Shown: positions 9,698 to 22,341, numbered from the stretch's first letter. The stretch: DNA of 64,000 nucleotides from Azolla caroliniana (GCA_043228905.1 JBHGNT010000015.1:5208001-5272000), one strand, 5' to 3'. Numbers and translations: made by a program. The notes: generated by a model not told the origin, from the sequence alone.

Positions 9698-10991
9698 TGT
9701 TAGGATCTCTGTCCCTCCGGATGGGATACGAAGGCCCGACATTAGAAGACGGTGAGAACCGGATGTGGAGTACCCGGCAATGGAAGACCCGGTGAGAACC
9801 AGATGTTGCAGGCCCGGTGAGAACCTCTCACCGGATGAAGGGACATATATGTAGATATGTTTCTAAGTGCCCATTGGGGCTATATCTGTAAATAGTCCTA
9901 ATGTCACATTAGTATAAATGTGACCTAGGGCAAACAATGTATTGCGGTTGTTGTTGTTATTATCTTTGTATAGCGTAATTGGTGTAACGATTGTACAGAG
10001 AGAGAGAGAGAGAGTGTGTGTGTGTGTGTGATACAGAGTACGTCTCTATTGTAATCGCCGCAAGGCGAAGATTGTGAGCAAGAGGTTGTTGCCTCTGTGC
10101 TCCCTGTTGTACTCCTTGACATAGTGATAGTTTGGAGTATGTGGACTCCCATGGTTTTTCCCTCTCAGGGTTTTCCACGTTAACATTATGTGTATTCTCT
10201 TTCCTGTTTCGTGTACTTACCTCCATTCCCATTTCTTCTGTGTTTGATTGTCATCAAGTGATCTACGCTTCGGTTTGTCATAAACTTAATGTTCCTTATG
10301 CACGACGCTCGGCCACAACCGAGCGTAGAATGATACAAAGAAAAACGGGAAATAGAACAGGCTGCAAACTGTCACTATGTAGGAATGTACAAAACAGTGA
10401 GTTCACGGAGGCAACGACCTCGGACTCACGATCTTCGCCACAGGCGGTGGTTACTACAGAGGCAACGACCTCGTCTCTCTCTCTCTCTCTCTTTGTACAG
10501 TTACGCACTCTCTCTTCTTCTTGCACCAACAAGAAAATGACAACAACAGTTACTAAAAGTTTGCCCTAAGTCATATTTATACTAATATGACTTTTCGGCT
10601 ATTTACAAATATAGCCTCGATGGGCTCTCAGAAACATATTCACGAATATGTCTCTTCCTCCGGTTCATACCGGGCCTGCACCATCCGGCTCTCCGTAGCC
10701 GAGTACTCCTCATCCGGTTCATACCGGGCCTGCACCATCCGGCTCTCCGTAGCCGGGTACTACTCATCCGGTTCACACCGGGCCTATATCATCCGGCTCT
10801 CCGTAGCCGGGTACTACTCATCCGGTTCACACCGGGCCTGTATCATCCGGCTCTCCGAAGCCGGGTACTCCTCGTACCGTTTCGGCCTCGGCCGAGTTTG
10901 TTCATCGGCACTGTTCTTCTCCCTCCCCATCCGGAGGGACCTATCTCCCAACACGGTTGTGACTGGAGATTATTCTGCACATTTCTCGTCA
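9698..10991 (+). mobile_element. Solo LTR inserted in RT of element A (TSD GTACT/ATACT)
   Basis: TG...CA ends. Element A sequence rejoins across it (ggccttgtact|ttgggttggtc), matching the reverse complement of element E at ~28375-28397. Confidence 0.8.
10276..10953 (-). mobile_element. Solo LTR nested in opposite orientation inside the 9698-10991 solo LTR (TSD CGGTT); contains 57-bp tandem repeats 10660-10875
   Basis: cggtt|tgtcata...cccaaca|cggtt. Carries the host LTR's motifs in reverse complement. Confidence 0.85.
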
Positions 10992-11355
10992 ATACTTTGG
11001 GTTGGTCAAGTCGGACGTCTCTTTTAGTCGAGAGACCCACTTACATGGAAGAGAATGTCGACTCTTCGGTAATTCGACCAAGTCCCAAGTCCTGTTTGCG
11101 TGAATGGAGTGCATTTTTGACTCCATCGTCAGATGCCAAGTGGCTGAGTTGGCAGATACTGATGCTTCTTCATAAGACTTCGGTTCGCCGACGTCGGTAA
11201 AGAAAATTCCGGGAGAGTACCTTTCTGGAGTTTGCGACTGTCTCTCGGATCTTCGAGGTATGATTGAACTGGTCGCACCGGTATAGGTGTCGGATGGTCG
11301 AAAGCCGAGCCATTCGGCTGTGCTGAATCGATGGATTCAAAACGAGAGGTGTCGA

Positions 11356-12510
11356 TTACCCGTGAAACCGTGAAACCGATCTCATGTTGTGGGCTGGACC
11401 TTCATGAAGGGTTGGCACTTCGGAAAATATTACCCTTTGGACTTCAATAGGCCTTTCGGCCATTTTGTGCATAGCCGACTCGTTGAACACGACGTCCGAA
11501 CTTCGGACGATTTGTCTGTGCTCGGGGTCCCAAAGTCGGTATCCGATCTCGCCGTCGGGTCCATATCCAAGGAAAATGCATTTCCTTGAGCTTGGCTCGA
11601 GTTTCCGGCGGTCGTCTTTCGGTATGAGGGCATACGCCTCGTAGCCGAAGATCCTCAACTTGTCATAATTCGGCTTACTGACGATCCATGTTTCCTGAGG
11701 TATTTTAAGTCCTAGAGGTCTACTTGGCGACATATTTATTATGTGTACTGCCGTAAGTAGAGCCTCCGCCCAGAAGCCATCTAACAGTCCGGAGTGTTGG
11801 AGCATGGATACTATGTGTTCTCGAATCGTCTGATTCATGTGTTCAGCAATTCCGTTCTGCTCTGGACTATAGGGTGTCGTATATTCACGTTGAATGCCGC
11901 ATTCCCGACAGAATTTGACAAATTCGTCAAACTTGAATTCTCCTCCATTATCGGTTCGGAGACATTTTGGTTTCCGACCGGTCTGGTTTTTGACCATTGC
12001 AAGCCATTCGGAGAAGATCGAGAACACCCGATCTTTGGTTCTAATGGGGTAAGCCCACACCTTCCGAGTCAAGTCGTCAATAAAATAGACGAAGTACGAA
12101 GCACCGCCGAGAGACTGATGTGGCATTGGGCCATAGACGTTCGAGTGGACCAAATCAAGGGGACTCGATTCTCTTGGTGCTGATGTCGGGTGTGATGCGG
12201 CTACTTGTTTGCCGTACTGGCAATGCTCGCAGAATTGGTGATCCGAGAAGGAGAGCTTGGGGATGTAACCGGCTCTGGATAGGTGCATTATGCCGGCCTT
12301 GCTGAGGTGTCCAAGTCGTCTGTGCCATAACGATGACACGGGGATATCCACCAAAAATAAGTCACCCTCTTTGAGTGTGACATATAAAGGGTACAAGGAA
12401 TGTACCTTTGGTCCTCGAGCAAGCAGGAGGTTCCCTTTGTGAAGTGTCCACCCTCCTGATGAGAACCCGGCACGGATGCCGGCTTCGTCAAGTTGTCCGA
12501 CTGAGATCAA
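11356..12510 (-). pseudogene. Copia GAG-pre-integrase/integrase fragment (element A)
   Basis: LWHRRLGH, CEHC, FIDD, RTDNGGEF and PEQNGIAE motifs. Confidence 0.9.
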
Positions 12511-14220
12511 GGGTCTGAGAGCTCAGGAACGTGTCGGACATTATGTAGTACGAGTGTAGAGCCACCTGGAAGGTTGAGCTCTACGGTGCCGATTCCGAAT
12601 ATAGCACAGTGCTGCGAGTTTCTGACTCGAACTAAATCGGAGTGCCAGTCCGAGTACTGCGGAAACTGAGATCGGTGAGGTGTCACATGATATGATGCGC
12701 CCGAGTCCAGGAGCCATGCACTCGATTCCTCAGTTGTAAGTAGAACTGCTGATTCGATTGGGTTCTCTATGGACAATATGTTTGGGTCGATCGTCAAAAT
12801 TTCGGCTGAAGAGCCAACGTAGTTGACCTCCTCATGCCGGCTACTCTTCTGATCCGCTCTCTGAGCTTTGTCGGTTTTTTCTTTGAGTGCCCAGCAGTCA
12901 GCTTTGATGTGTCCCGGTTTCTTGCAGTAGTTGCAAATTCGGTTGTCCTGGGACTTGCTCCGGCTTCGCTGATTGTTCGGCGGTTGGGAAGAACTTCTTC
13001 CCCGGTTGTTCGATCGGTTGGTCGAACCTTGTACTACATAAGCTTCATCTACCGAGTCTTTGGCGAAAGACTTTCTCCGAGCTGCTTTAGTCAGGATTGC
13101 GCTCGTGATTTCGGAGTACTTAATGGCAGTTGTTGAAGCATTGCACATGATTGTGACGAAAGTTTCCTAAGAAGAGGGGAGACTACTCATGAGTATTATT
13201 GCTCTGAGTTCATCCTCTATTGCCGTCCCCTAAGACGATATTTGGGAGCTTAGGCTTTCGTACTCGTTGAGGTGTGCCTGAACTGAATCAGATTCTTTCA
13301 TTCGCAAGTTGTAGAGGTGTCGGATCAGATACATCTTCGTTGCGGCAGCCTTCTTTTTATAAGTTTCCAACAGTGTTTTCCAAAGTTCAAAAGTTGTCGA
13401 GCATGATTGCACTGTGAAGTACACTGACTCCGACAAGTGCATTTGAATCATGGCGTGGACAATTCTGTCCAGCTTTAGCCACTCGTTTGGCTTGTATGCT
13501 TCTCGAGGATTTTCATTCTCAATCGGTTCTATTTGACCCTTGACTATGAGATAGTCCTGCATTTGTTCCTTCCAGAAGTTGAAGTTCGAATCGTCGAACC
13601 TCCTTAGACTCATCTCCGATGAGCCGGATGTTGATGCCATCTGATTCGGTTTCAGTTGGTAAGACTCTGTTCGGAGTTGTCTACGAACCTTAGTGGGGTG
13701 CAACTAGTTGGCTCACTCGATATCGTTCTAGTTGGTTTTGAACTCGAGTCGGTTTGGTTTCAAATACTTGTTGTTGAACTTGCTCGGAGTGACTCCGGTA
13801 ACTTGAGGGACAAAACTGACTGGTCTTCCCGAATGTTGCCGAGTCTGAGTGAGCCCGGTTAGCTTCCGATTGTATGCCGAATACCGATTACAAGAAACTG
13901 TTTGTTTGGGCCGATTCTGCTTCGGATGACTGCAGTGATGAGAGGGACGGATCCAACTGATCCTCCCGAATGTCGATCAGCCGAATGAAGCACGAATTTG
14001 GTTGTTTCCAGGAGACCAATCTGTAGCGGGTGGTTACAACAATCAGGTGAATAGCGTCTGGTGACCTATTCGGATGTCGTTTAACCGAATGAAGCACGAT
14101 TGGGTCGAGTGTTGCACATGGAGCTCACCTCAAGTGATTACAACCACATGAATAGAGTACAGCCGGCTAGCTTACTCAAATTAGTGATTTAACACAGTGA
14201 GATGCAGACTTCTTGTTTGT

Positions 14221-17200
14221 TGTAAAGAATCAAGAGATGGATTCTTGTGAAGCGGAATAGGTGTGAATTGTGTGTGTGTGTGTGTATGAGAGAGAGAGAT
14301 ACATAGTATACGCAAGGTTAAGTATATTAGCAAAGGAGAAAGACTCAACATTATACAAGGTGGGAGGAGGGTGCTTTATGTAGTCACCCTCTCTCTTCAT
14401 TAACTACAAGGCTCATGGAGCATGGGGAATGTGAAAGCTCATAAGTTATGTGTCATAGAATATGATTCTATGACTCATACTAAATGCTAGAATACAAGGT
14501 GGTGACATAATGGTGACTCTTGAGCGTTGAGGTGTCTCTTCACTCTCAAGGTGAGTTCACACACTAGACCACGTTGAGCTTGATTCTCAACACGCCCCCT
14601 CAAGCTCAAGTCGGGTGATGAGGATCGGACTTGCGGAATCGCTTCGTATGTAGAGGGAGTTGTCCGATTTTGACATACGGAAGCCGATTTGATGAAGATA
14701 TTGCGTTATCTTCGAATGCCAAGCACGCGGTGCTTGCTTGAGGCCGTAGAGTGGCTTCTTGAGTCGGCAAACCGCTTTCGGATGGGTGCTCGAGTTGAAG
14801 CCGGGTGGTTGGATCATGTACACCTCCTCTTCTAATTCGCCTTGTAGAAAGGCATTCTTGACATCCATTTGATGGAGGTGCCACCCTTTCGCCACTGCAA
14901 GCGCAATTATGGTCCACACCGTTGTCATCTTTGCCACCGGGGCAAAGGTCTCCTCGTAGTCAACTCCGTGCATTTGGGCGTAGCCTTTCGCTACGAGTTG
15001 CGCTTTGTAGCGGTTTACAGAGCCATCAACGTTATACTTCACCTTGTAGATCCATCTGCATCCGATCGCCTTTTTGTGTGGTGAGGTGGGAACGAGATCC
15101 CACGTCTCGTTCTTCCGTAGTGCCTGCATCTCCTCGTTCATTGCTTCGATCCATCGCGGGTCCTTCGCGGCTTCCAAAAAGGTTTTCGGCTCCTGTACTG
15201 TCGCTACCTTCATCATAAAGGCGTAATGGTACGCCATATAATCGTTGTAGCTGAATCGGCTTACGGGGTTCTTTTCACGAGTGGATCGGCGGAGCTTTTC
15301 ATTTGCAAAGATGAGGGCTTTCTTTGCTCCGATTGGTACCTTGAAACCGCCGAACTCACTGTCGAGTGAGTGAGTTGACTCATTGTCGATGAAGTGATCG
15401 TCTTCGTATTCCGCCATTTTCGCCTTGCCTTTGTCCATCTTCGGGCTAGGCCGTGATATGCTTTGATCGCTCAAAGCCTCTTGTGGTCCGCTCAGTCGGG
15501 TCGTGATCGGACTTTCTTCGAACATGCGCGTAAGGTGATCTTCATCCTCTATCTCTTGTTCGGTGGATTCTGGGTCGAGCGGGGTCGGAGTCGAAGTTGT
15601 CTCTGGTGCGTACCAGGATGCAGACTCGTCAAAGACGACGTCTCGACTTACCCGAGATTTTCGAGTTGAGGGGTTGTAGCACTTGTACCCCTTTTGCTCC
15701 AGAGAGTATCCTACGAGAATACATTTCTCTGACTTCGGGTCGAGCTTTTGACGCTTCTCGTCGGGGATGTGCACGTACGCAATGGAGCCGAATATCCGGA
15801 CATGTGATAGGTTCGGCTTCTTTCCGAAGAATCTTTTGTGCGGAGTGACCCCGTGCATGCCGGATGTTGTGCACCAGTTCATTAGGTAGACGGCCGTATT
15901 TGCCGCTTCGGCCCAATATGACTTGGGCATATGCTTCTCGTTCATCATGGCTCGCGCTACTTCGAGGATGTGCCGATTTTTGTGCTCGGCTACTCCGTTT
16001 TGTTGCGGAGTGTGTCGGCAAGTGAATTCTCGCCGAATTCCTTCCTTTCGGAGATACGTCGTGAAATCGTCCGAGAAGTACTCCTTGCTGCCATCCGATC
16101 GAAGGCATCGTACATGTCGGCCCATGGCTTTCTCGACTTCATTCTTGAAATTTTGGAAGTGTCTGAACACTTCGCTCTTTTGCCGAATCGGGTAGATCCA
16201 AGTGTGCCTAGAAAAGTCGTTGATGAAGAGCACGTAATATCGGCATCCGCCGAATGTCGTCATTTGAGCCGGTCCCCAGACGTCGGAATGGACTACGTCG
16301 AGTAGACCTTTGCTCACATTCTGCTCTTTCGGGAATGGGTGTCGGTGTTGCTTGTCGAATTGGCACGCTTCTTCGCATACACCTTCAATCTCCTTCGCTT
16401 TGAATGTCGGGAGTCCGATGATGACTCCTTTCGATTTCATTGGTTTGAGTTTGTTGAGATTGATGTGGCCGATTCGCTTGTGCCATAGCTCTATGTCGGA
16501 GTCGACTTTCGTGCTTTTCACGAACATGGCAGATTTCATCTCGTGTGAATCGAGAATGAACATCCGGCCCTCTCTTCTTCCGCGTGCGATGAGTCGGCCC
16601 TCTTTTTCGATGAAGCAACCGCCTTGATTAAATCGAACTTGCATCCCTTGCTCTACAATTCGGCCAACAGAGACAAAATTCTTCGTAATGGTCGGTACAT
16701 GCAAGACATCTTTAATGTAATTTTGCTTACCTTCTTTTCCGAACGGAACATTGCCAATGTGCCGAATCAGGTGCGTTGTGTCATTTCCAGTTTCAACATA
16801 ATCGGGTCGGTCCGGCTCTCGAAGTTCTCGGAACCATTCTTGATGCGATGTCATATGGTTCGAGGCACCAGAATCGACGAACTATACGTCTTCTGGACCA
16901 GAGGCACTAGTTGAGGTAGCAACCGACATAGAGTTTGCTCTATGTTTCATCATGAACATTCCGCCACGGTCGGAGTTGTGCGCATACATTCTGCCACGAT
17001 CTTCATAGTCGGAGTTGTGCTTGTACATTTCGCTATACTCTTCATAGTCGGAATTGTGCGCGTAATTCGTGAGTTGTCGGCTTGTGGAAGCCGATTCACG
17101 CATCTTCTTTCGGCACTCTTCTTCGTGGTGGCCGAGATTTCCGCAATATCCGCATTTGGTTGCATTTTGACGGCTCGGGCCGGAGTGGAAGCTCCCCCTT

Positions 17201-18147
17201 CTTGCGAAGGTTCCTCGTTGGCCTCCATTTTGCGGCCGAAATTGGGAGTTGTCGTAGGTCGGACCTCGTCCGCCTTGTCCTTGGCCGAATCGGCCTCTCG
17301 CTCGTCTGCATCCTCTTCCTCCATTAGAGTGCATGTAGAGCATGTGCCCTTCTGACTCATTGCTCCTTGTACGCACGTGGTTTTCTTCGACCAATAGCAT
17401 TGATTGGAGCTCGAAGAAGGAGGGAGATTTCTCCCGTGCTAGAACGGCGGTTCGCATCGCGCCGAACCGTGGTGCGAGGCCGCCGAGGCATATTTGCACC
17501 ATCTCATCATCATCTATACTTACGCTTATTGAGCCGAGCGAGTCGCAAAGCTCCTTGATCTTCAAGGTGTATGTCGTGATGGACATATCCCTTTGTTGAA
17601 TGTTGTTCAACTCTTGGCGGAGTTGAAGCTTCCTCGCGGTCGTGTTGGCGGCGAAAATCTTTCGTAGGTTTTCCCACGCTTCTTTCGGTGTCTTGGCTTC
17701 TCAATGTAACCAAGCATGTGCTCGTGAACACATGTCGCCAAATAATACATCACGCGGCTTGCAGCTTGCTCCCATGTTGCGTATCCGGGAGCTGCTTCGG
17801 CGGGTCGGTCTTCATGCGCTCCTTTGATGTAGCTCCAATAGCCTTGTCTGACAAGGTATTGGTGCATCTTGTACTCCCAAGATGCGAAGTTGTTTCAATC
17901 CAACTTTTCGGTAGGGAGAGCGCTCCCCATTTGAGTATTCATTATGTCGATTCTTCTTCTTCTTCTTCTCTCTTCGAATGTGAGCTATGTAGCGAAGCTA
18001 CAATAGCGATGAGCCGGTTCTTGGTCGTTGGCGTGGAGCACAACACACGATCACGATGAGGCGAATGGGCTAGATCAAGCTACCAAATCGCTCTGATACC
18101 ATGTAAAGAATCAAGAGATGGATTCTTGTGAAGCAGAATAGGTGTGA

Positions 18148-18228
<81 letters not shown>

Positions 18229-18519
18229 CAGAGTATACGCAAGGTTAAGTATATTAGCAAAGGAGAAAGACTCAACATTATACAAGGTGGGAGGAGGGTG
18301 CTTTATGTAGTCACCCTCTCTCTTCATTATCTACAAGGCTCATGGAGCATGGGGAATGTGAAAGCTCATAAGTTATGTGTCATAGAATATGATTCTATGA
18401 CTCATACTAAATGCTAGAATACAAGGTGGTGACATAATGGTGACTCTTGACCGTTGAGGTGTCTCTTCACTCTCAAGGTGAGTTCACACACTAGACCACG
18501 TTGAGCTTGATTCTCAACA
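14221..18519 (-). mobile_element. Copia element C inserted in the 5' leader of A: 3' LTR 14221-14592, 5' LTR 18102-18519, TSD TTTGT; internally deleted (no RT C-half or RNase H)
   Basis: Near-identical LTRs, PBS TGGTATCAGAGC (minus strand, 18101-18090), PPT next to 14592. ORFs 16882-17867 gag, 14587-16854 PR-INT-RT. Confidence 0.93.
14587..16854 (-). CDS. Copia pol fragment of element C (protease end, integrase, N-half of RT)
   Basis: LWHKRIGH, HSDVWGP, PQQNGVAE, YEETFAPVAK, QMDVKNAFL and LYGLKQAPRAW motifs. Ends before the YVDD motif. Confidence 0.85.
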   Translation of the reverse strand: MTSHQEWFRELREPDRPDYVETGNDTTHLIRHIGNVPFGKEGKQNYIKDVLHVPTITKNFVSVGRIVEQGMQVRFNQGGCFIEKEGRLIARGRREGRMFILDSHEMKSAMFVKSTKVDSDIELWHKRIGHINLNKLKPMKSKGVIIGLPTFKAKEIEGVCEEACQFDKQHRHPFPKEQNVSKGLLDVVHSDVWGPAQMTTFGGCRYYVLFINDFSRHTWIYPIRQKSEVFRHFQNFKNEVEKAMGRHVRCLRSDGSKEYFSDDFTTYLRKEGIRREFTCRHTPQQNGVAEHKNRHILEVARAMMNEKHMPKSYWAEAANTAVYLMNWCTTSGMHGVTPHKRFFGKKPNLSHVRIFGSIAYVHIPDEKRQKLDPKSEKCILVGYSLEQKGYKCYNPSTRKSRVSRDVVFDESASWYAPETTSTPTPLDPESTEQEIEDEDHLTRMFEESPITTRLSGPQEALSDQSISRPSPKMDKGKAKMAEYEDDHFIDNESTHSLDSEFGGFKVPIGAKKALIFANEKLRRSTREKNPVSRFSYNDYMAYHYAFMMKVATVQEPKTFLEAAKDPRWIEAMNEEMQALRKNETWDLVPTSPHKKAIGCRWIYKVKYNVDGSVNRYKAQLVAKGYAQMHGVDYEETFAPVAKMTTVWTIIALAVAKGWHLHQMDVKNAFLQGELEEEVYMIQPPGFNSSTHPKAVCRLKKPLYGLKQAPRAWHSKITQYLHQIGFRMSKSDNSLYIRSDSASPILITRLELEGAC

Positions 18520-20102
18520 TTTGTCTTCTCTCTTCTCTGTTCTTCAAGAAAAACAGAAACAAAATGTTGTGTGGTGTACTATGACGGCCGACAGCGGGTT
18601 GAAGAACCTCCAACAGTCTGATACCAAATGTTGGGACAAAGGTCATCAATGCGGAAGAACAAACAACATATGTGATGTTGAAGGACCTGTGTATGAGAAT
18701 GAACCAGATACACACACACACACAAAGAAACGTTTTATTTCTTAATAGCAACAATTACAAATGACAACCAACTACCACTAAAGGTTACAAAGTCACTTGA
18801 TATAGTGACTATCCTAGGGCAACTGCCCTTTATGCTATTTACAGAAATAGCCCAAACTTGGGCTGTCCAAAGGGACAGTGTGAATACGGCCATTATACAC
18901 TCGTATTTGACACGGACGTGGTTCTCTTCGACCAATAACATTGATTGGAGGTCGAAGAATGAAGGAGGGTTTTCTCTCGCCAAGATTGTCGTCCATAATG
19001 GATCGAATCGTTGTGCGAGGCCGCCCAAGCATACTTGAACCATCTCGTCTTCGTCGACGTTTATTTTGATGGAGCCAAGCAAGTCGCAAATGCTCTTGAT
19101 CTTGTCGGTGTAGTCCGACACGGACATGTCTTTTTGCCGTATGTTGTTCAACTCTTGCCAAAGTTGAAGCTTGCATGCCGTCATATTTGTGGCAAAAATC
19201 TTCTTGAGATTCTCCCACGCCTCTTTGGGCGTCTTGGTGTCTCGAATGTGGCTAAGCATTTGGTCGTGGACACATGTTGCCAAGCAATACATGACTCGAC
19301 TTGCCGCTTGCTCCCATGTTGCATAGTCAACATTCTTCGAGTCGGGTCGATTTTCTTGTGCGTCGTTGATGTAGCTCCAATATCCTTGGCCGACGAGGTA
19401 TTGGGTCATCTTGTACTCCCAAGATGAATAATTGCTCCGGTCTAGCTTTTCGCTAGGGAGCGAGCTACCCATTTGTGTGTTCATGTTGATTGTGTCTTCT
19501 CTTCTTTTGTTTTTCTTCCTTCGATCACGTGTACGTGCTACGTAGTGGCACTACGGTAGCGAATGACCAGAATTTGTCGTCGGCGTTTCAAACACACAAT
19601 TACGAAGAGTTGGGTGAGCTTAGTGGATGTGCTAAACCACACACTCTGATACTATGTTAAGAATTAGGTAAGTAATTAAGCAAGGATTAATTAGTACCTA
19701 ATTATGTGATTTGTTGATAAGTGGAAGATTATGTGATATGTGTGTGTATGTGTGTGAGAAAGAGAGAGAGAGAGAGAGAGAAACTTATGAACAACACAAG
19801 ATGGGGGATGAGTAAGTATATTAAATTAGCATTATTATCATCATCAAATACAAAAATACCCACAATGTGGTATATATACATCTCATGTGCAAAGGTGCAC
19901 ATGTGTGAGTAGAATATAGGTACTAATGTGTAAGTCCTATATTAAATGTACTTAGGAGTGGAGGATCTAGAATATCCCACTTAAGTACAAGGTCCTATTT
20001 AAGGCGTTATAGTCAACACTTCTAACTAGATTCTATCTAGGTAACTACGAAGTTACATTGTTGACTAACCAACTAAACTAAATTGAGCTTGATCTCTCAA
20101 CA

Positions 20103-22330
20103 AGGAGGTATTTGAAAATGCTCTTCCTCTTCTTCAAGCTCCTTGTCTTCCGTAGTCTGCTAGTGAGTCGTCATCTTCAAGCTCCTCGTCTACCGATTCT
20201 TCTCTGGTAGGCTCCGGAATTGGTGCCACTTGCTGAGATACTTCTCCTTTCCATCCGGGGGTATGTTGTGCTAGTAGCTACTACCGTTTCGATGGTTGAG
20301 TTGGCGTTGTCTCCACCCATGCCCTTTTCTTTGGTTTGATGGTGTGTGTTGGTGGTGCAAGCACTGTCAACCATTGTGCCACTCCGGTCCATACCTTTTC
20401 GTCGTTGACCACCATTGAGATCACCGTCCACAATGCGTCGACGACGATCAATGGCCAATCCACCGACAAGCCTTCAAACGATGCAATGATGAATCCAACG
20501 CGGTTCTTCGGCATGGCGAGTGGTCAGGGATGAACGAATCCGTATTCGAGTAGGACCCTGGCTATTTCCCGGAATAAGGGATTCTCGCCGCCCTGTGTCC
20601 AGTACGCCTTGCTTGCTATAGAAAACTCCCCGAAATAATCTATCAAATTTTGGGTAGAGGGGTTTTCAATTGATTGCAGGCCTTCGGATGGTAACTCAAT
20701 CGTCGCCTGCACCATTACTTCGGAGATTCCCTCGATGTTGATGGTCATGGTGACCTTCTCCAGTTCCTTGTGTGTAAGCCCTTCAAGCCCGTGCTTTGTG
20801 AGCCAACCCTTGGCTTCTATAGAGAGCGCCATTGGTTCGCTGGTTTTTGTGTCGAGGTCGGTGCGGAGGCTGATTCCCTGTGCTTTTCGGGAGTTCTGCG
20901 CGCTTTGTGCTATTGAAAACTTCTTATCGTGAAATGAGACCCCTTCGTTCTTCCGGAAGTTTTGTATCCCCATCTTCCTCAACTGACTATTCTTGATTCC
21001 TACGCTTGCACATTGTGTATCATTATAGTATGATTATGACGTGTGGTGCTCCTTAAATGTGGCTAACGTCACACCTTTTCCACTTGCCTTTTCATTATTA
21101 CCGTTCAAAATCTCATATATATATAGTGCTATTATTATTGTTATGGTTATTACTATTATCATTTTTTTTCTCTGTTGTACGTTGGAAGTACGATGTAATC
21201 TACTTACTAATCCCATGTGTCATCGATTCCTCCGACACCATCCGGTCATGTTAGTTCTCCGGCCTTGGTGTTGTCAGTTGTTTTTCGGTAGCCTCCTTGC
21301 TCCGGACGGTAGGTACGTCCGATGTCCCCTTCTCCGGTAGCCTGTTCTTCATTTTGCTAGGGTGTTTTGAATGGATTGGCAGGCATGGGTCCCTTGTATG
21401 GTTTGAATGGGAACCCATTGACCCATTTTTCCCATAGCTCCCCTAGCTGGTAGGATCCTTTGAACTCCCTTGTAATCTAGTATGGTCCTATCTAGCGAAA
21501 ACGGAGCTTTCTCAGCATGCTCCCTATCCGGGTCTAAAACACTAACATCGATTTACTGATTCTGAATTCCTTCTCATGCCTTTCTGGTGTCGGTCAACAA
21601 ATGCCTTCTGCCGACGTTGCTCCAATTCCAATTGCATCAAACTTAAGATCCAATGCTCTTTTAGCTCGCACAGGGTTTCCAACTAGACTCGTCCCGATTC
21701 TTACTCACTTAACCATTCGCGTACTTGTAGTCGCAAACTGGGAATCTGGAATTCAATTGCCATGACTGCTTCTAAGCCGAATGCCAGCCGAACAGTGTCG
21801 ACAAGATGTTCATCTTATAGGTTGTCCGGTAAGCCCACAGAGCATTGTGCAACTTCGTGTCCCAATCCGTTCGATTCTTGTTCACAATTTTCCGCAATAT
21901 GTTCTATAGCATCTTATTTGTCGACTCTGCCAGTTTGTTCGCCTGGGGTAATACGGCGTGCTCTTTTTGTGGACTACTGCGTAAAATGTCGTCAAATTTT
22001 CAACCACTTGATCTATGAAGTGTCCCCCTTGGTCGTGTATCAGCTCAATCAGACATCCATATCGGCACCATATGTACTCATACAGAAACTTTATCATGGA
22101 CGTCGCGGTGTTGTCTAGGAGCATCTTTGCCTCCACCCACTTCATGCAATAGTCCGTTGCTACGATAATATATCAGTTTCCGGTTCGCATCGTCATTCGC
22201 TTGAACAGTACGACGAAGTCCAATCCCCATTTCTTGAATGGTTCGAACGGAAGTACCGGTTGATGTGGCATTTGCGCCTATTTCGTGGGTTGCCCCATTC
22301 ACTAGCATAAATCACACTCCTTACAGTACC
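20103..22330 (-). mobile_element. Ty3/gypsy remnant: integrase (~21400-22330) followed by an additional ORF (20982->20177)
   Basis: ORF 21882-22145 (KWVEAK...IWCRYGCLIELIHDQGGHF...HKKSTPYYP) is a gypsy integrase core. The downstream ORF has stops. Confidence 0.75.
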
Positions 22331-22341
22331 GTACTGATTCC

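Larger units (their letters stand above)
8244..18912 (-). mobile_element. Copia element A inserted in gag of B: 3' LTR 8244-8605, 5' LTR 18629-18912, TSD CGGAT/CGGAC; degenerate gag-PR-INT-RT-RH
   Basis: Paired LTRs (tgttgggacaaagg...gaca), PBS (reverse complement of ctgatacca) at ~18618-18626, PPT next to 8605. ORFs 13230-13703 gag, 12507-13148 zinc knuckle/protease (WLLDSGAS), 11356-12510 integrase, 8643-9677 RT/RH. Confidence 0.9.
7960..20102 (-). mobile_element. Copia element B (host): 5' LTR 19655-20102, degenerate Met-type PBS 19643-19654, gag 19484->18913 continuing at 8243->7960
   Basis: gag ORF 18735-19484 (SEKLDRSNYSSWEYKM...EENHVR) resumes in the 7923-8420 frame (RTKSKTSEGQMFF...CNYCGK), collinear with element C gag. 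LTR has TG...CA ends. Confidence 0.8.
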
